From Myxococcales bacterium (GTDB lineage Bacteria > Myxococcota > Myxococcia > Myxococcales > Anaeromyxobacteraceae): a stretch of DNA of 22,866 nt. The stretch is from positions 1 to 22,866 of the forward strand of contig JBBQEB010000052.1 in NCBI GenBank assembly GCA_038320275.1, written 5' to 3'. This document shows positions 8,428 through 17,576 of the stretch, one piece after another. Numbering within the stretch: position 1 is the stretch's first letter; each line of letters starts with the position of its first letter. The notes beneath the pieces are model-generated. The model saw nothing but the letters and a program-made list of their open reading frames with translations. It was not told where the DNA came from and made no database searches. Position numbers and translations under genes: made by a program.

Positions 8428-11400
8428 ATGCAGTGGCTCGCAAACATCTCCGTCCGCCGCGCCGTCTTCGCCTCGGTGCTGGTCCTCACCGTCCTCGTGG
8501 TGGGGATCGCCGGCTATCGCAGCCTGGGCGTGGACGCCTTCCCCAAGATCGACTTCCCCGTCGTGGTCGTGACGACCCGGCTCGAGGGCGCAGCGCCGGA
8601 GGAGGTGGAGACGCAGATCACCGACAAGGTGGAGGCGGCGGTCAACACCATCGCCGGCATCGACGAGCTCCGCTCCATCTCCAGCGAGGGCGTGAGCCAG
8701 GTCTTCGTGACCTTTCAGCTCGAGAAGGACATCAACGTCGCCGCCCAGGACGTGCGCGAGCGCATCTCCACCGCGACCCCCGACCTCCCGCAGGGCATCG
8801 ACGCGCCCATCGTGCTGAAGCTCGACCCCGACGCCTCGCCCATCGTCTACATCTCGGTGCAGGGGCCTCAGGCGGTGCGAGAGCTGACGGAGGTCGCCGA
8901 CAAGCTCATCCGGCGGCAGCTCGAGAACATCCCCGGGGTGGGGCAGGTGACCATCGTCGGAGGCCGCAAGCGGCAGATCAACGTGTGGCTCGACGTCGAG
9001 AGCCTGCGCGCCTACGGGCTCACGCCGGCCGACGTGCAGCGCGCCATCGCGCTGCAGAACCTCGCCGCGCCCGGCGGCAACGTGGAGACCGGCCCCAGGA
9101 ACCTCACCCTGCGCGTGCAGGGCCGGGTGCAGACGCCGGTCGAGCTGGGGAGGGTGGTGGTGCGACAGCAGGGCGATCACCCCGTCCGGCTGCAGGACGT
9201 CGCGCGGGTGGAGGACGGGCAGCAGCAGGAGGAGACGGCCGCCACGCTCCGGGGCAAGCCGACGCTGGTGCTCTCCATCCGCAAGCAGAGCGGCGAGAAC
9301 ACCGTGGCGGTGGTGGCGGCGGTGCGCGAACGGCTGGCGAGCGTGGAGAAGGCCCTGCCGGCCGGCTACCAGCTCGCCGTCGTCCGCGACAACTCGCGCA
9401 CCATCCAGACGCAGGTGGATGCCGTGAAGGAGCACCTCGTGCTGGGTGCCATCTTCGCCGCGCTGGTGGTGCTGCTCTTCCTCGGCAACGTCCGCTCCAC
9501 CATCATCGCCGCGCTCGCCATCCCGGTGTCGATCATCGGTACCTTCGCGCTGATGGCCTACAAGGGCTTCACCCTCAACATCATCACGCTCCTCGCCTTG
9601 GCGCTCGCGGTGGGGATCGTCATCGACGACGCCATCGTGGTGCTGGAGAACATCTTCCGCTTCGTGCACGAGAAGAAGATGAAGCCCTTCCCGGCGGCCA
9701 TCGCCGCCACGAAGGACATCGGGCTGGCGGTGCTCGCCACCACGCTCTCCCTCATCGCGGTGTTCCTGCCGGTGGCCTTCATGAGCGGCATCGTGGGCCG
9801 CTTCATGAACTCCTTCGGCCTCACCATGGCGTTCGCCATCGCGGTGTCGCTCCTGGTGTCGTTCACGCTGACCCCCATGCTCGCGGCGCGGTGGCTCGAT
9901 CCGCCCGAGGAGGAGGCGAAGAAGAAGCGCGTGCTCGAGCGCCTGGTGGACCGCCTCTATCACCCGGTGGAGCGCGGCTACATGTTCCTCCTGCGCTGGT
10001 CGATGGCGCACCGCTGGGTGGTCGTGCTGGGCTGCCTCCTCGCGCTCGCCTCATGCGTCCCGCTCGCCAAGGCGGTTCCCAAGGGCTTCCTCCCCGCCAA
10101 CGACGAGGGCCACTTCGAGATCAACGTCCGCGCGCCCGAGGGCACCAGCCTGCAGGCGACGCAGATCGTCGCCGAGCGCATCGCGCGCGAGACGAAGCGC
10201 ATGCCCGGCGTCGACTACACGCTCGTCACCATCGGCGACAACGAGCAGCGCACGCCCAACCTGGCCCGCATCTACGTGAAGCTCGTCGACCCGGTCGATC
10301 GTAAGCTGAGCCAGCAGGAGCTGCAGGCCAGGGCGCGCAAGGACGTGCTCGGGCCGTTCACCAAGGATTACCGCATCGACGTCTCGGACGTGGCGCTCTT
10401 CAGCGCCGGGATGTCCACCAAGACGGTGCAGTACGTGGTGAACGGACCGGACATCGGGCAGCTCTCCCGGATCGCCGAGAGCGTGCTCACGAAGCTGCGC
10501 AAGGTGCCCGGCGCGACCGACGTCGACTCTTCTCTCGTGCTCGGGAAGCCGGAGGTGCAGGTGGAGGTGCTGCGCGACAAGGCGGCCGATCTCGGCGTGC
10601 AGGTGGCCGACATCTCCAGCGCCGCCCGCCTGGTGGTGGGTGGCCTCAAGGTGTCGAGCTACGAGGAGGGCGGCGAGGACTACGACATCCGCGTGCGCGC
10701 CGAGCCTTCCGACCGTTCGCGCGTCGATCAGCTCGGCAAGATCACCGTCCCGTCCACCAAGGTGGGCTCGGTCTCGCTCCGGGACGCGGCGCTGCTCCGG
10801 ACGGCGACCGGCCCTTCCTCCATCGACCGGCTCAACAGGCGCCGCCAGGTGACGGTGAGCGCCAACGTGCTGCCCGGGTACGGCGAGAGCGAAGTGCTCG
10901 GCGCGGTGGAGCGCATCTTCAAGGAGGAGCGGCTTCCGCAGGGCTACAGCGCGACGCCGGCCGGCCGCTCGAAGGAGACGGCAAAGGCCGCGGCCGGGTT
11001 CGGGCTCGCATTCCTCCTCTCCTTCGTCTTCATGTACCTCATCCTTGCGGCGCAGTTCGAGTCGTGGCTGCATCCCATCACCATCCTCGTCTCGCTGCCG
11101 CTCACCGTCCCGTTCGCGCTGCTCTCGCTCCTCATCTTCGGGCAGTCGCTCAGCATCCAGTCGGCCCTCGGCCTCCTGGTGCTGTTCGGCGTGGTGAAGA
11201 AGAACTCGATCCTCCAGGTGGACCACACGAACAACCTGCGCGCGGAGGGCATGGAGCGGCTGCAGGCCATCCTCACCGCCAACCGGGATCGGCTCCGCCC
11301 CATCCTCATGACCACCATCGCCTTCGTGGCGGGCATGCTTCCGCTCCTGACGGCGCGCGGGATCGGGGCCGGGTTCAACCGCGCGACGGCAGGCATCGTG

Positions 11401-11658
11401 GTGGGCGGGCAGTCCTTCTCGCTCCTGCTGACGCTACTCGCGACCCCGGTGGTGTACTCGCTGCTCGACGACGTCGCGCTCTGGTTCCGGCGGCGCAGCG
11501 CCTCGCGCCAGCCGGTGGACCGGGGCAGGGCCGAGGTGATGGGCATGGGAGTCGCCCACCCGGTGGCGGTGCCGATGTCGGGCCTGGCGGCCTCCGCGGG
11601 AACGAGCGCGGCGGCGGTGGCGGGGGCGAGCGCGGCCGGACCCGGCGGTCTAGAGTAG
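8428..11658 (+). CDS. RND efflux permease (AcrB/AcrD/AcrF family)
   Basis: 1076 aa; [22 protein letters not shown] (proton-relay DD), [16 protein letters not shown]; two multi-TM blocks. Confidence 0.96.
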   Translation: MQWLANISVRRAVFASVLVLTVLVVGIAGYRSLGVDAFPKIDFPVVVVTTRLEGAAPEEVETQITDKVEAAVNTIAGIDELRSISSEGVSQVFVTFQLEKDINVAAQDVRERISTATPDLPQGIDAPIVLKLDPDASPIVYISVQGPQAVRELTEVADKLIRRQLENIPGVGQVTIVGGRKRQINVWLDVESLRAYGLTPADVQRAIALQNLAAPGGNVETGPRNLTLRVQGRVQTPVELGRVVVRQQGDHPVRLQDVARVEDGQQQEETAATLRGKPTLVLSIRKQSGENTVAVVAAVRERLASVEKALPAGYQLAVVRDNSRTIQTQVDAVKEHLVLGAIFAALVVLLFLGNVRSTIIAALAIPVSIIGTFALMAYKGFTLNIITLLALALAVGIVIDDAIVVLENIFRFVHEKKMKPFPAAIAATKDIGLAVLATTLSLIAVFLPVAFMSGIVGRFMNSFGLTMAFAIAVSLLVSFTLTPMLAARWLDPPEEEAKKKRVLERLVDRLYHPVERGYMFLLRWSMAHRWVVVLGCLLALASCVPLAKAVPKGFLPANDEGHFEINVRAPEGTSLQATQIVAERIARETKRMPGVDYTLVTIGDNEQRTPNLARIYVKLVDPVDRKLSQQELQARARKDVLGPFTKDYRIDVSDVALFSAGMSTKTVQYVVNGPDIGQLSRIAESVLTKLRKVPGATDVDSSLVLGKPEVQVEVLRDKAADLGVQVADISSAARLVVGGLKVSSYEEGGEDYDIRVRAEPSDRSRVDQLGKITVPSTKVGSVSLRDAALLRTATGPSSIDRLNRRRQVTVSANVLPGYGESEVLGAVERIFKEERLPQGYSATPAGRSKETAKAAAGFGLAFLLSFVFMYLILAAQFESWLHPITILVSLPLTVPFALLSLLIFGQSLSIQSALGLLVLFGVVKKNSILQVDHTNNLRAEGMERLQAILTANRDRLRPILMTTIAFVAGMLPLLTARGIGAGFNRATAGIVVGGQSFSLLLTLLATPVVYSLLDDVALWFRRRSASRQPVDRGRAEVMGMGVAHPVAVPMSGLAASAGTSAAAVAGASAAGPGGLE

Positions 11659-11699
11659 GCGCCGCGCGCCGCACCTTCACCCGGGGAGAGCACACGGAC

Positions 11700-12422
11700 A
11701 TGGGACGCATCTTCGAGACCCGCAAGGCGACCATGTTCGCCCGGTGGAACAAGATGGCGAAGGTCTTCACGCGCATCGCGAAGGACATCGCGATCGCGGT
11801 GAAGAGCGGCGGCCCCAGCCCGGACATGAACCCCGCCCTGCGCCGCGCGATCCAGAACGCGCGCGGCGCCAACATGCCGAAGGACAAGGTCGAGGCCGCC
11901 ATCAAGCGCGCCAGCGGCCAGGAGCAGCAGGCGTACGAGATCGTGCTGTACGAGGGCTACGGCCCGCACGGCGTGCCCATGGTGGTGGAGACGGCCACCG
12001 ACAACGTCGTGCGCACGGTGGCGAACGTGCGCATGCACTTCAAGGATCACGGCGGGAACCTCGGCACGGCCGGGAGCCTCGCCTTCCAGTTCCAGAAGAT
12101 GGGCGTCTTCCGGCTCGCGCCGGAGGGGCTCGACCTCGACGCCATCGAGCTCGACCTCATCGACCACGGGCTGGAGGAGCTGGGGGAGGGCACGGGCGAG
12201 AAGGGCGAGAAGCAGGCTGTCCTGCGCTGCGCGTTCGCGCACTTCGGCCAGCTCCAGGCCGCGCTGGAGGAGCGAAAGCTCCCCATCATCTCGGCCGAGT
12301 CGGAGTACGTGCCGCAGACGCTGGCGGAGCTTCCCGCGGCACAGGCGGACGAGGTGCTGGCCCTCGTCGATGCGCTGGAGCAGGACGAGGATGTCCAGCG
12401 CGTGTTCCACGCGGTGGCGTGA
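11700..12422 (+). CDS. yebC: YebC/PmpR family protein
   Basis: [62 protein letters not shown] at 11700 with GGAGAG upstream; 240 aa. Confidence 0.94.
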   Translation: MGRIFETRKATMFARWNKMAKVFTRIAKDIAIAVKSGGPSPDMNPALRRAIQNARGANMPKDKVEAAIKRASGQEQQAYEIVLYEGYGPHGVPMVVETATDNVVRTVANVRMHFKDHGGNLGTAGSLAFQFQKMGVFRLAPEGLDLDAIELDLIDHGLEELGEGTGEKGEKQAVLRCAFAHFGQLQAALEERKLPIISAESEYVPQTLAELPAAQADEVLALVDALEQDEDVQRVFHAVA

Positions 12423-12428
12423 GAGGCG

Positions 12429-13628
12429 CTACTCGAGATCGAGCGGGCGGAAGTTGCCCGCCTGGTCGAGCACGGTGCCCCAGACCTTGTGAGAGCCCTG
12501 GTGCTCGGAGGGGCCGAAGGAGATGGGCACGCCGATCCCGAGCTCGAGATTCTTGATCCCCTCCAGCGCCTCCACCAGCGAGTCGGTGGTGAGCTTCTCG
12601 CCCGCGCGGCGCAGCCCTTCCAGCAGCACCTGGCCCGCGAGATAGCCCTCCAGGGAGAGGAAGTCGGGCCGCTCGTTGGGCGCGTACTTCTTCAGGGCCT
12701 CCTGGTACTTCAGCACGGCCGTGGAGCGCGAGGTGGGCGGCGGCACCACCTGGGTGACCACCACGCCCTCCGCGAACTTGGGGCCGAGCCGCGCCAGCTC
12801 GTCGCCGAGCTCCCGGCCGACCACCGCCGAGACGTTGGTGAAGACGAGGTTCATCCCCTTGAGCCGTTCGATGAGCTTCGCCGCCGGATGGTGGGTGGCG
12901 ACCATGACCACCGCCTTGAGGTGGGGATTGGCGCGGATCTTCTTCGCCGCAGCCTCCACGTCCACGGTGTTGCGCTGGTAGCCCACGCGGAGAACGTGGT
13001 CGGGATCGGCGTCGAAGCGCCGCAGTTGCCGCGCGAAGCCGCGCCACCCGGCGGCGCCGTAGCTGTCCTGCTGCTCGAAGAAGGCGATCTGCGCAGGCTG
13101 GAAGCGCCGCACCTTCACGAGGTAGCGCACGAGCGCCTCGGTCTCCTCGGCGTAGCTCGCGCGGAAGTTGAACACCCAGCGGTCCGGCGGGTCGTTGCGC
13201 AGGAAATCCGCGCCGGAGAGCGACCCGAACATGAGGATGCCCTTCTCCTGCAGGTACGGGAGATAGGCCTGAATGGCGGCCGAGCCCACCGTGCCGACGA
13301 GCGCGAACACCCGCTTTGCCTCCACCAGCTCGCGCACGACGGCCACCGCGCGCTTCGGCTCGTTGTTGTCGTCGAGGGCGACGAGGTGCAGCTTGCGGCC
13401 GGCGATGCCGCCCGCGTCGTTGGCGCCCGCGAAGGCGACCTCGAAGCCGAGCCGGGTCTGACGGCCCAGCTCCTTGGCCGTGCCGGAGAAGGCAGCCGAC
13501 ATCCCGAAGGTCACCTCGGTCGGCGAGACGCCCTGTACCTCCGCCGACGCGGCCCCGGCGGCGAGCATCGCCAGGACCCCCAGCGCCCAGCGAGCCGGGG
13601 AGGACCGCGGTGTGCGAAGAGCGTGCAT
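12429..13628 (-). CDS. Type-1 (Leu/Ile/Val-binding-like) periplasmic substrate-binding protein, standalone
   Basis: Signal peptide ending ASA; GMSAAFSG, NDAGGIAGRKLHLVALDD, FNFRASYAEE, SLEGYLAG; GGGAG before the ATG. Confidence 0.9.
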   Translation of the reverse strand: MHALRTPRSSPARWALGVLAMLAAGAASAEVQGVSPTEVTFGMSAAFSGTAKELGRQTRLGFEVAFAGANDAGGIAGRKLHLVALDDNNEPKRAVAVVRELVEAKRVFALVGTVGSAAIQAYLPYLQEKGILMFGSLSGADFLRNDPPDRWVFNFRASYAEETEALVRYLVKVRRFQPAQIAFFEQQDSYGAAGWRGFARQLRRFDADPDHVLRVGYQRNTVDVEAAAKKIRANPHLKAVVMVATHHPAAKLIERLKGMNLVFTNVSAVVGRELGDELARLGPKFAEGVVVTQVVPPPTSRSTAVLKYQEALKKYAPNERPDFLSLEGYLAGQVLLEGLRRAGEKLTTDSLVEALEGIKNLELGIGVPISFGPSEHQGSHKVWGTVLDQAGNFRPLDLE

Positions 13629-13637
13629 GGGAGCTCC

Positions 13638-15506
13638 CTATTCCAGGTCGACGGAGCGATACGTTCCATTCGGCTGAAGCAGGGTACCCCAGATCTTGTG
13701 CGATGCCTGGTGCTCGGAGGGGGAGAACCCGAGCCGGACCCCGATGCCCAGGTCGAGGTCGTGCAGGTCCTCCAGGATAGACACCAGCCGCTCGCCGCTG
13801 AGCTCGGGCCCGGCGCGCTTCAGCGCCTCGACGAACAGCCGGCCGGCCAGGTAGCCCTCCAAGGACAGAGGCCCGGGGTTCTCGCCCTGGGCATGGGTCG
13901 CGAGGAGCCGGCGGTACTCGATGACGGAGCTGGCCTGGGAGGTCGGCAGGGGAACCACCTGCGTCACGACGACGTCATCGGCGAGAGGCACCCGCGCCTC
14001 CATGAGCCGCTCGGCGAGCACGCCCGCCTCGACGGCGGAGGCGTTGGTGTAGACGAGGTGCGACCCGGACTCCTTCAGCGCCTGGATGAAGCGCGAGGCC
14101 GGCTCGTAGGTGGCGAGCATCACCACGGCCTTCAAGCCCTTCTTCTTGCGGATCTTGGCGACCGCCTTGCCCACGTCGGCGGTGTTGCGCCGGTACCCGG
14201 TGCGGAGCACCGCGTGGGCGCTCTTGCCCTCCCGATCGAGCTCGCGTGCGAGCCCGTTCCAGCCCGCCTCGCCGTAGCCGTCGTCCTGGCCGAAGAAGGC
14301 GAGCTCCTCCGGCTCGAAGCGCCGCACCTTGGTGAGGTAGCGCACCGCGGCCGCAGCCTCCTCGCCGTAGCCCGGACGGAAGTTGAAGACGTAGCGATCG
14401 GGAGGCGAGCGCCGCAGCACGTCGCCGCCGGCCATCGCGCCGAAGTAGACGACCTTGCGCTCGAGGGCGAGCGGCAGCGCGGCAGCGGCGCCGGCGCTCC
14501 CGACGCTGCCCACCACGGCGAACACCTTTCGATCGTCCAGCAGCTCACGCATGGCCGGCGCAGCGCGCGAGGGCTCGTTGCCGTCGTCGAGCGCAACGAG
14601 CCGCAGCTTTCGGCCGCCGACGCCCCCCGCCTCGTTGGCCGCGGCGAAGGCGAGCTCGAGCCCTGTCTTCATGCCGCGCCCGATCTCGCGGTTGGCTCCG
14701 GAGAAGGCCGCCGACATGCCGAGCAGGAGCTCCGGAGAAGATGCGGTGGGGGTGGGCTCTACGCCGGCGAGCCCGTAGGCGGGGCGCGCCAGACCGCTCC
14801 GCTTCTGGGATGCCAGGACGAAGCCCGCGACGATCACGGCGACCGACGCGCCGACGAGGGCGGCGCGACCGGCAGGGCTCGCCCACAGGGCGCGGGAGGG
14901 CGGTTTCGAGAACAGCGGAGCGGCTTCCTTCTCCGGCTCGGGCACCGGGGGCGCGGTGGCGGCGAGCGGGACCGGCGGTGCGGCGGCGAGCGGGACCGCC
15001 GGCGGGGTCAGCGCCAGGGGCGGCGGCGTGGCGGTGGGCGTGGGCATAGCCGGAGCAGGTGCCGGCTCGAGAGCGCCCGTCTCCCCTCGCGCCGCGAGCG
15101 GGACCGGCGCCGGCGTCGGGGTGGGCCCCGGTCCGCGGGCCTTGGAGGCGCGAGGCTGGGGGGGAGCGGGCACCGCCTTGCCCGAGAGGCGCTGTTGCTC
15201 CTCGTCCAGCTTCACCAGCTCGTCGAGGAGGACGTGCGTCCACTTCTGGTGGATGGTGCGGGAGGGCGCGACGACATCGGGCTCGACCCGGAAACTGCCC
15301 CCGGAGAGCGAGAGCGCCCGCCGGATCGCGTCGCGTCCCACGAGCGGGCCGAGCTGCGCGTCCACCACGTCGCCCTGGAGGACGTAGAAGACGCCCTCCT
15401 CGTGGTTGGGGGCGGTGAGCCACACCGCCGCCGTCTGGCGCCCCGTGACGTAGAGCTGGATGAGATCCGAGAAGTGGGTCTCGCTGAGTTCGCCGATGAG
15501 GGCCAT
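13638..15506 (-). CDS. DUF4388-like N-terminal domain, Pro/Ala linker, single TM helix and type-1 periplasmic binding domain
   Basis: N-terminus MALIGELSETHFSDLIQL...EEGVFYVLQGDVVDA..G...GRDAI......GSFR...LLDEL..LDE fits the DUF4388/PatA-N pattern. TM AALVGASVAVIVAGFVLA lies at about 14811-14864. The C-terminal domain is paralogous to 12429-13628. Confidence 0.85.
   Translation of the reverse strand: MALIGELSETHFSDLIQLYVTGRQTAAVWLTAPNHEEGVFYVLQGDVVDAQLGPLVGRDAIRRALSLSGGSFRVEPDVVAPSRTIHQKWTHVLLDELVKLDEEQQRLSGKAVPAPPQPRASKARGPGPTPTPAPVPLAARGETGALEPAPAPAMPTPTATPPPLALTPPAVPLAAAPPVPLAATAPPVPEPEKEAAPLFSKPPSRALWASPAGRAALVGASVAVIVAGFVLASQKRSGLARPAYGLAGVEPTPTASSPELLLGMSAAFSGANREIGRGMKTGLELAFAAANEAGGVGGRKLRLVALDDGNEPSRAAPAMRELLDDRKVFAVVGSVGSAGAAAALPLALERKVVYFGAMAGGDVLRRSPPDRYVFNFRPGYGEEAAAAVRYLTKVRRFEPEELAFFGQDDGYGEAGWNGLARELDREGKSAHAVLRTGYRRNTADVGKAVAKIRKKKGLKAVVMLATYEPASRFIQALKESGSHLVYTNASAVEAGVLAERLMEARVPLADDVVVTQVVPLPTSQASSVIEYRRLLATHAQGENPGPLSLEGYLAGRLFVEALKRAGPELSGERLVSILEDLHDLDLGIGVRLGFSPSEHQASHKIWGTLLQPNGTYRSVDLE
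14958..15105 (-). repeat. Short coding repeats (VPLAA x3) in the Pro/Ala linker
   Basis: GGCGGCGAGCGGGACC at 14958 and 14982 (24-bp period); partial copy GCGAGCGGGACC at 15094. Confidence 0.7.
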
Positions 15507-15714
15507 GCAGGGCTCCGGGGGTGAATCGCCGCTCGCGGTAGCGCAAGGCGCGGGCCCGAAAAATGCGCGTGAATCCTGCGGGCGCGTGACGGGGCCGCTG
15601 ACCCGGGTGTCACTTCACCCGCTCCGCGGCGACTCGGAGTAGAACCGCCTACACGGACCTGGCACCGGGGTTGGGCCGCGACGGAGAGCCGCGCCCAGGC
15701 CGACCCGGCGGCTC

Positions 15715-16332
15715 TCACCTTCTGGTGACGAGCGCCGGCCGCTTGGGAAGATGGCGCAGACCCATCCAGGCCAGCGCCGCCAGGTGGTTCGCCACCTCTT
15801 CCACGTTCGGCTTGCGCGACTCCGTCCACCACTGACCGACGAAGGTGACCATGCCGATGAGGGCGTGGGCGTAGATGGGCGCGGAGCGGGCGTCGTAGCC
15901 AGCCTCCTTGAACGCCGCCGCGAAGAGGTCGGCCACGCGCTCCGCGACGTCATTGAGGAGGCCCGTCAGCCCCACGCGGGCCGAGCCGACCGGCGCGTCG
16001 TGAACCAGCACCGAGAAGCCGTCAGGGTGGTCCTTCACGTAGGTGAGAAAGGCCAGCGCAGCGCTCTCCACCCGCTCGCGGGGAGAGCCCGAAGAGATGG
16101 CCTCGCTGATGCGCCGCACCACGTACTCCATCTCGCGGTCGACGACCACCGCGTAGAGCCCCTCCTTGCCGCCAAAGTGCTCGTACACGACCGGCTTCGA
16201 GACCTTGGCCTGGCTCGCGATCTCCTCGACGGAGGTGGCCTCGTACCCGCGCTTCGCGAACACCGTCCGTCCCACGTCCACCAGCTGCGCGCGCCGGGCC
16301 GCTGCGGACAGGCGCTTGCGTTCGCGGTCCAT
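15715..16332 (-). CDS. TetR/AcrR family transcriptional regulator divergent from the desaturase operon
   Basis: HTH FAKRGYEATSVEEIASQAKVSKPVVYEHFGGKEGLYAVVVDRE. Confidence 0.93.
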   Translation of the reverse strand: MDRERKRLSAAARRAQLVDVGRTVFAKRGYEATSVEEIASQAKVSKPVVYEHFGGKEGLYAVVVDREMEYVVRRISEAISSGSPRERVESAALAFLTYVKDHPDGFSVLVHDAPVGSARVGLTGLLNDVAERVADLFAAAFKEAGYDARSAPIYAHALIGMVTFVGQWWTESRKPNVEEVANHLAALAWMGLRHLPKRPALVTRR

Positions 16333-16466
16333 GGAGCGTTCAACTTAGTACGGGTACGTAGGTTTCGCGAGGAATCCAGAGCGGAACACAGTATGCCCAG
16401 CGAAATGGGGCGTTGCGTCATGAGCGTTCACTAGTTACGTTCTCGTAACTTACCTCGACGGAATCC
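16331..16466. repeat. Degenerate 47-bp direct repeat (16331-16377 and 16420-16466)
   Basis: Both copies read ATG(G)AGCGTTCA..CT(T)AGT..ACG-N4-CGTA..TT...CGA..GGAATCC; 89-bp period. Confidence 0.6.
16433..16450. promoter_or_regulatory. Candidate TetR operator AGTTACG-N4-CGTAACT
   Basis: Perfect 7-bp inverted repeat with a 4-bp spacer, 35 bp upstream of the reductase ATG. A weaker TACG-N4-CGTA copy lies at 16349-16360. Confidence 0.72.
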
Positions 16467-16485
16467 GTGGTGCCCTGGGGGCTCG

Positions 16486-17553
16486 ATGAACGCAATTTCC
16501 CGCATCGCCACCGGGGTCGCCCGGGGGCTGCTCCTGGAGCGGCAGGCCGAGTTCTGGCTGGGGCAGGTGGCCCCCACGCGCTCGCTGGCGCAGCTGCGCG
16601 CTCGGGTGGAAGAGGTCGTGGACGAGACCGCCGACGTGAAGACGTTCCGGCTCAGGCCCAACGGGCGCTGGAGCGGGCACCAGGCCGGCCAGTTCACCAC
16701 CGTCGAGTTGGAGATCGACGGCGTGAGGACCCGCCGCTGCTACTCGATCTCCTCGGCCCCGGGAAGGCTGCCGGCCATCACCGTGAAGCGCAAGCCGGGA
16801 GGGGTCGTCTCGGGGTGGATGCACGCTCACCTTCGCCGGGGCGACGTGATCGGGCTCGGCCTCGCGGCGGGGGACTTCGTGCTGCCGGCGGTCCTCCCCC
16901 AGAAGCTCCTCTTCCTCACGGGCGGGAGCGGCATCACGCCTGCCATGTCGATGCTGCTCGACCTCGGGAGGCGAGCGCCCGCCGCCGACATCGTCCTGGT
17001 TCATCACGCGCGCTCGGCCGACGACGTGATCTTCCGCGGGGCGCTGGCGGCGCTGGCGGCGCGGGCGGGCGGCCCGCGCGTGGTCCTCTGCTCGGACGAC
17101 GGCTCCAGCGGGCTGGGCCCGTTCGACGAGGCTCGGCTCGCCCTCCTGGTGCCGGACTTCGCCCGCCGCGAGAGCTGGGTGTGCGGGCCGCCTGGCCTGA
17201 TGGAGCGCGTGCAGAGCATGTGGGAGGCGGCCGGGATTGCGGGGAGCCTCCGTCAGGAGCGCTTCACCCTCGCGCCGCCCAGGGCGGTGACCGGCGGGAA
17301 GACGACGCGCATCCGGCTCGCGCATGCGGGGCGCAGCTTCGTGGCCGGCCCGGGCACGCTGCTCGAGCAGCTCGAGCAGGCTGGAGCGAAGCCGGTGTCG
17401 GGGTGCCGGATGGGCATCTGCAGGACCTGCAAGGTGCGCAAGGTCTCGGGAGCGGTGGAGGACCTGCGCACTGGCGCGGTATCGGGCGCCGCGGACGAGG
17501 ACGTGCAGCCGTGCATCTCCGTGGCCCGCTCCGACCTGGAGCTCAGCCTGTGA
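16486..17553 (+). CDS. Ferredoxin reductase (FAD/NAD(P)H domains plus C-terminal 2Fe-2S), desaturase electron donor
   Basis: AGQF, RCYSISS, GGVVSGWM, GGSGITP, VCGPPGLM, and the 2Fe-2S motif GCRMGICRTC...C. Architecture resembles mycobacterial Rv3230c and Pseudomonas DesC. Confidence 0.92.
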   Translation: MNAISRIATGVARGLLLERQAEFWLGQVAPTRSLAQLRARVEEVVDETADVKTFRLRPNGRWSGHQAGQFTTVELEIDGVRTRRCYSISSAPGRLPAITVKRKPGGVVSGWMHAHLRRGDVIGLGLAAGDFVLPAVLPQKLLFLTGGSGITPAMSMLLDLGRRAPAADIVLVHHARSADDVIFRGALAALAARAGGPRVVLCSDDGSSGLGPFDEARLALLVPDFARRESWVCGPPGLMERVQSMWEAAGIAGSLRQERFTLAPPRAVTGGKTTRIRLAHAGRSFVAGPGTLLEQLEQAGAKPVSGCRMGICRTCKVRKVSGAVEDLRTGAVSGAADEDVQPCISVARSDLELSL

Positions 17554-17576
17554 AAAAGACGACGAAGGAGAAGGGC

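Noticed and set aside
7171..11226. Long alternative-frame and antisense ORFs over the efflux operon (946, 1015, 391 aa)
   Set aside because: Shadow ORFs expected from high GC3, with no recognisable motifs.
11064..11699. N-terminal extension of the YebC ORF
   Set aside because: It overlaps the RND gene; the family-typical start is ATG 11700.
12489..15524. 1011-aa plus-strand ORF
   Set aside because: Antisense shadow of the two binding-protein genes.
15517..15560. GGGGTGAATC...GGTAG...CCCGAA resembling part of a c-di-AMP riboswitch
   Set aside because: It is on the strand opposite the flanking genes and lacks the other conserved elements.
15660..15675. Sigma-54-like TGGCAC-N5-TTGG
   Set aside because: The -12 GC is absent and it points antisense into the TetR gene.
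16467..17549. Apparent 751-aa desaturase with long N-terminal extension
   Set aside because: The extension is an off-frame read of the reductase. The desaturase has its own RBS and ATG at 17577.
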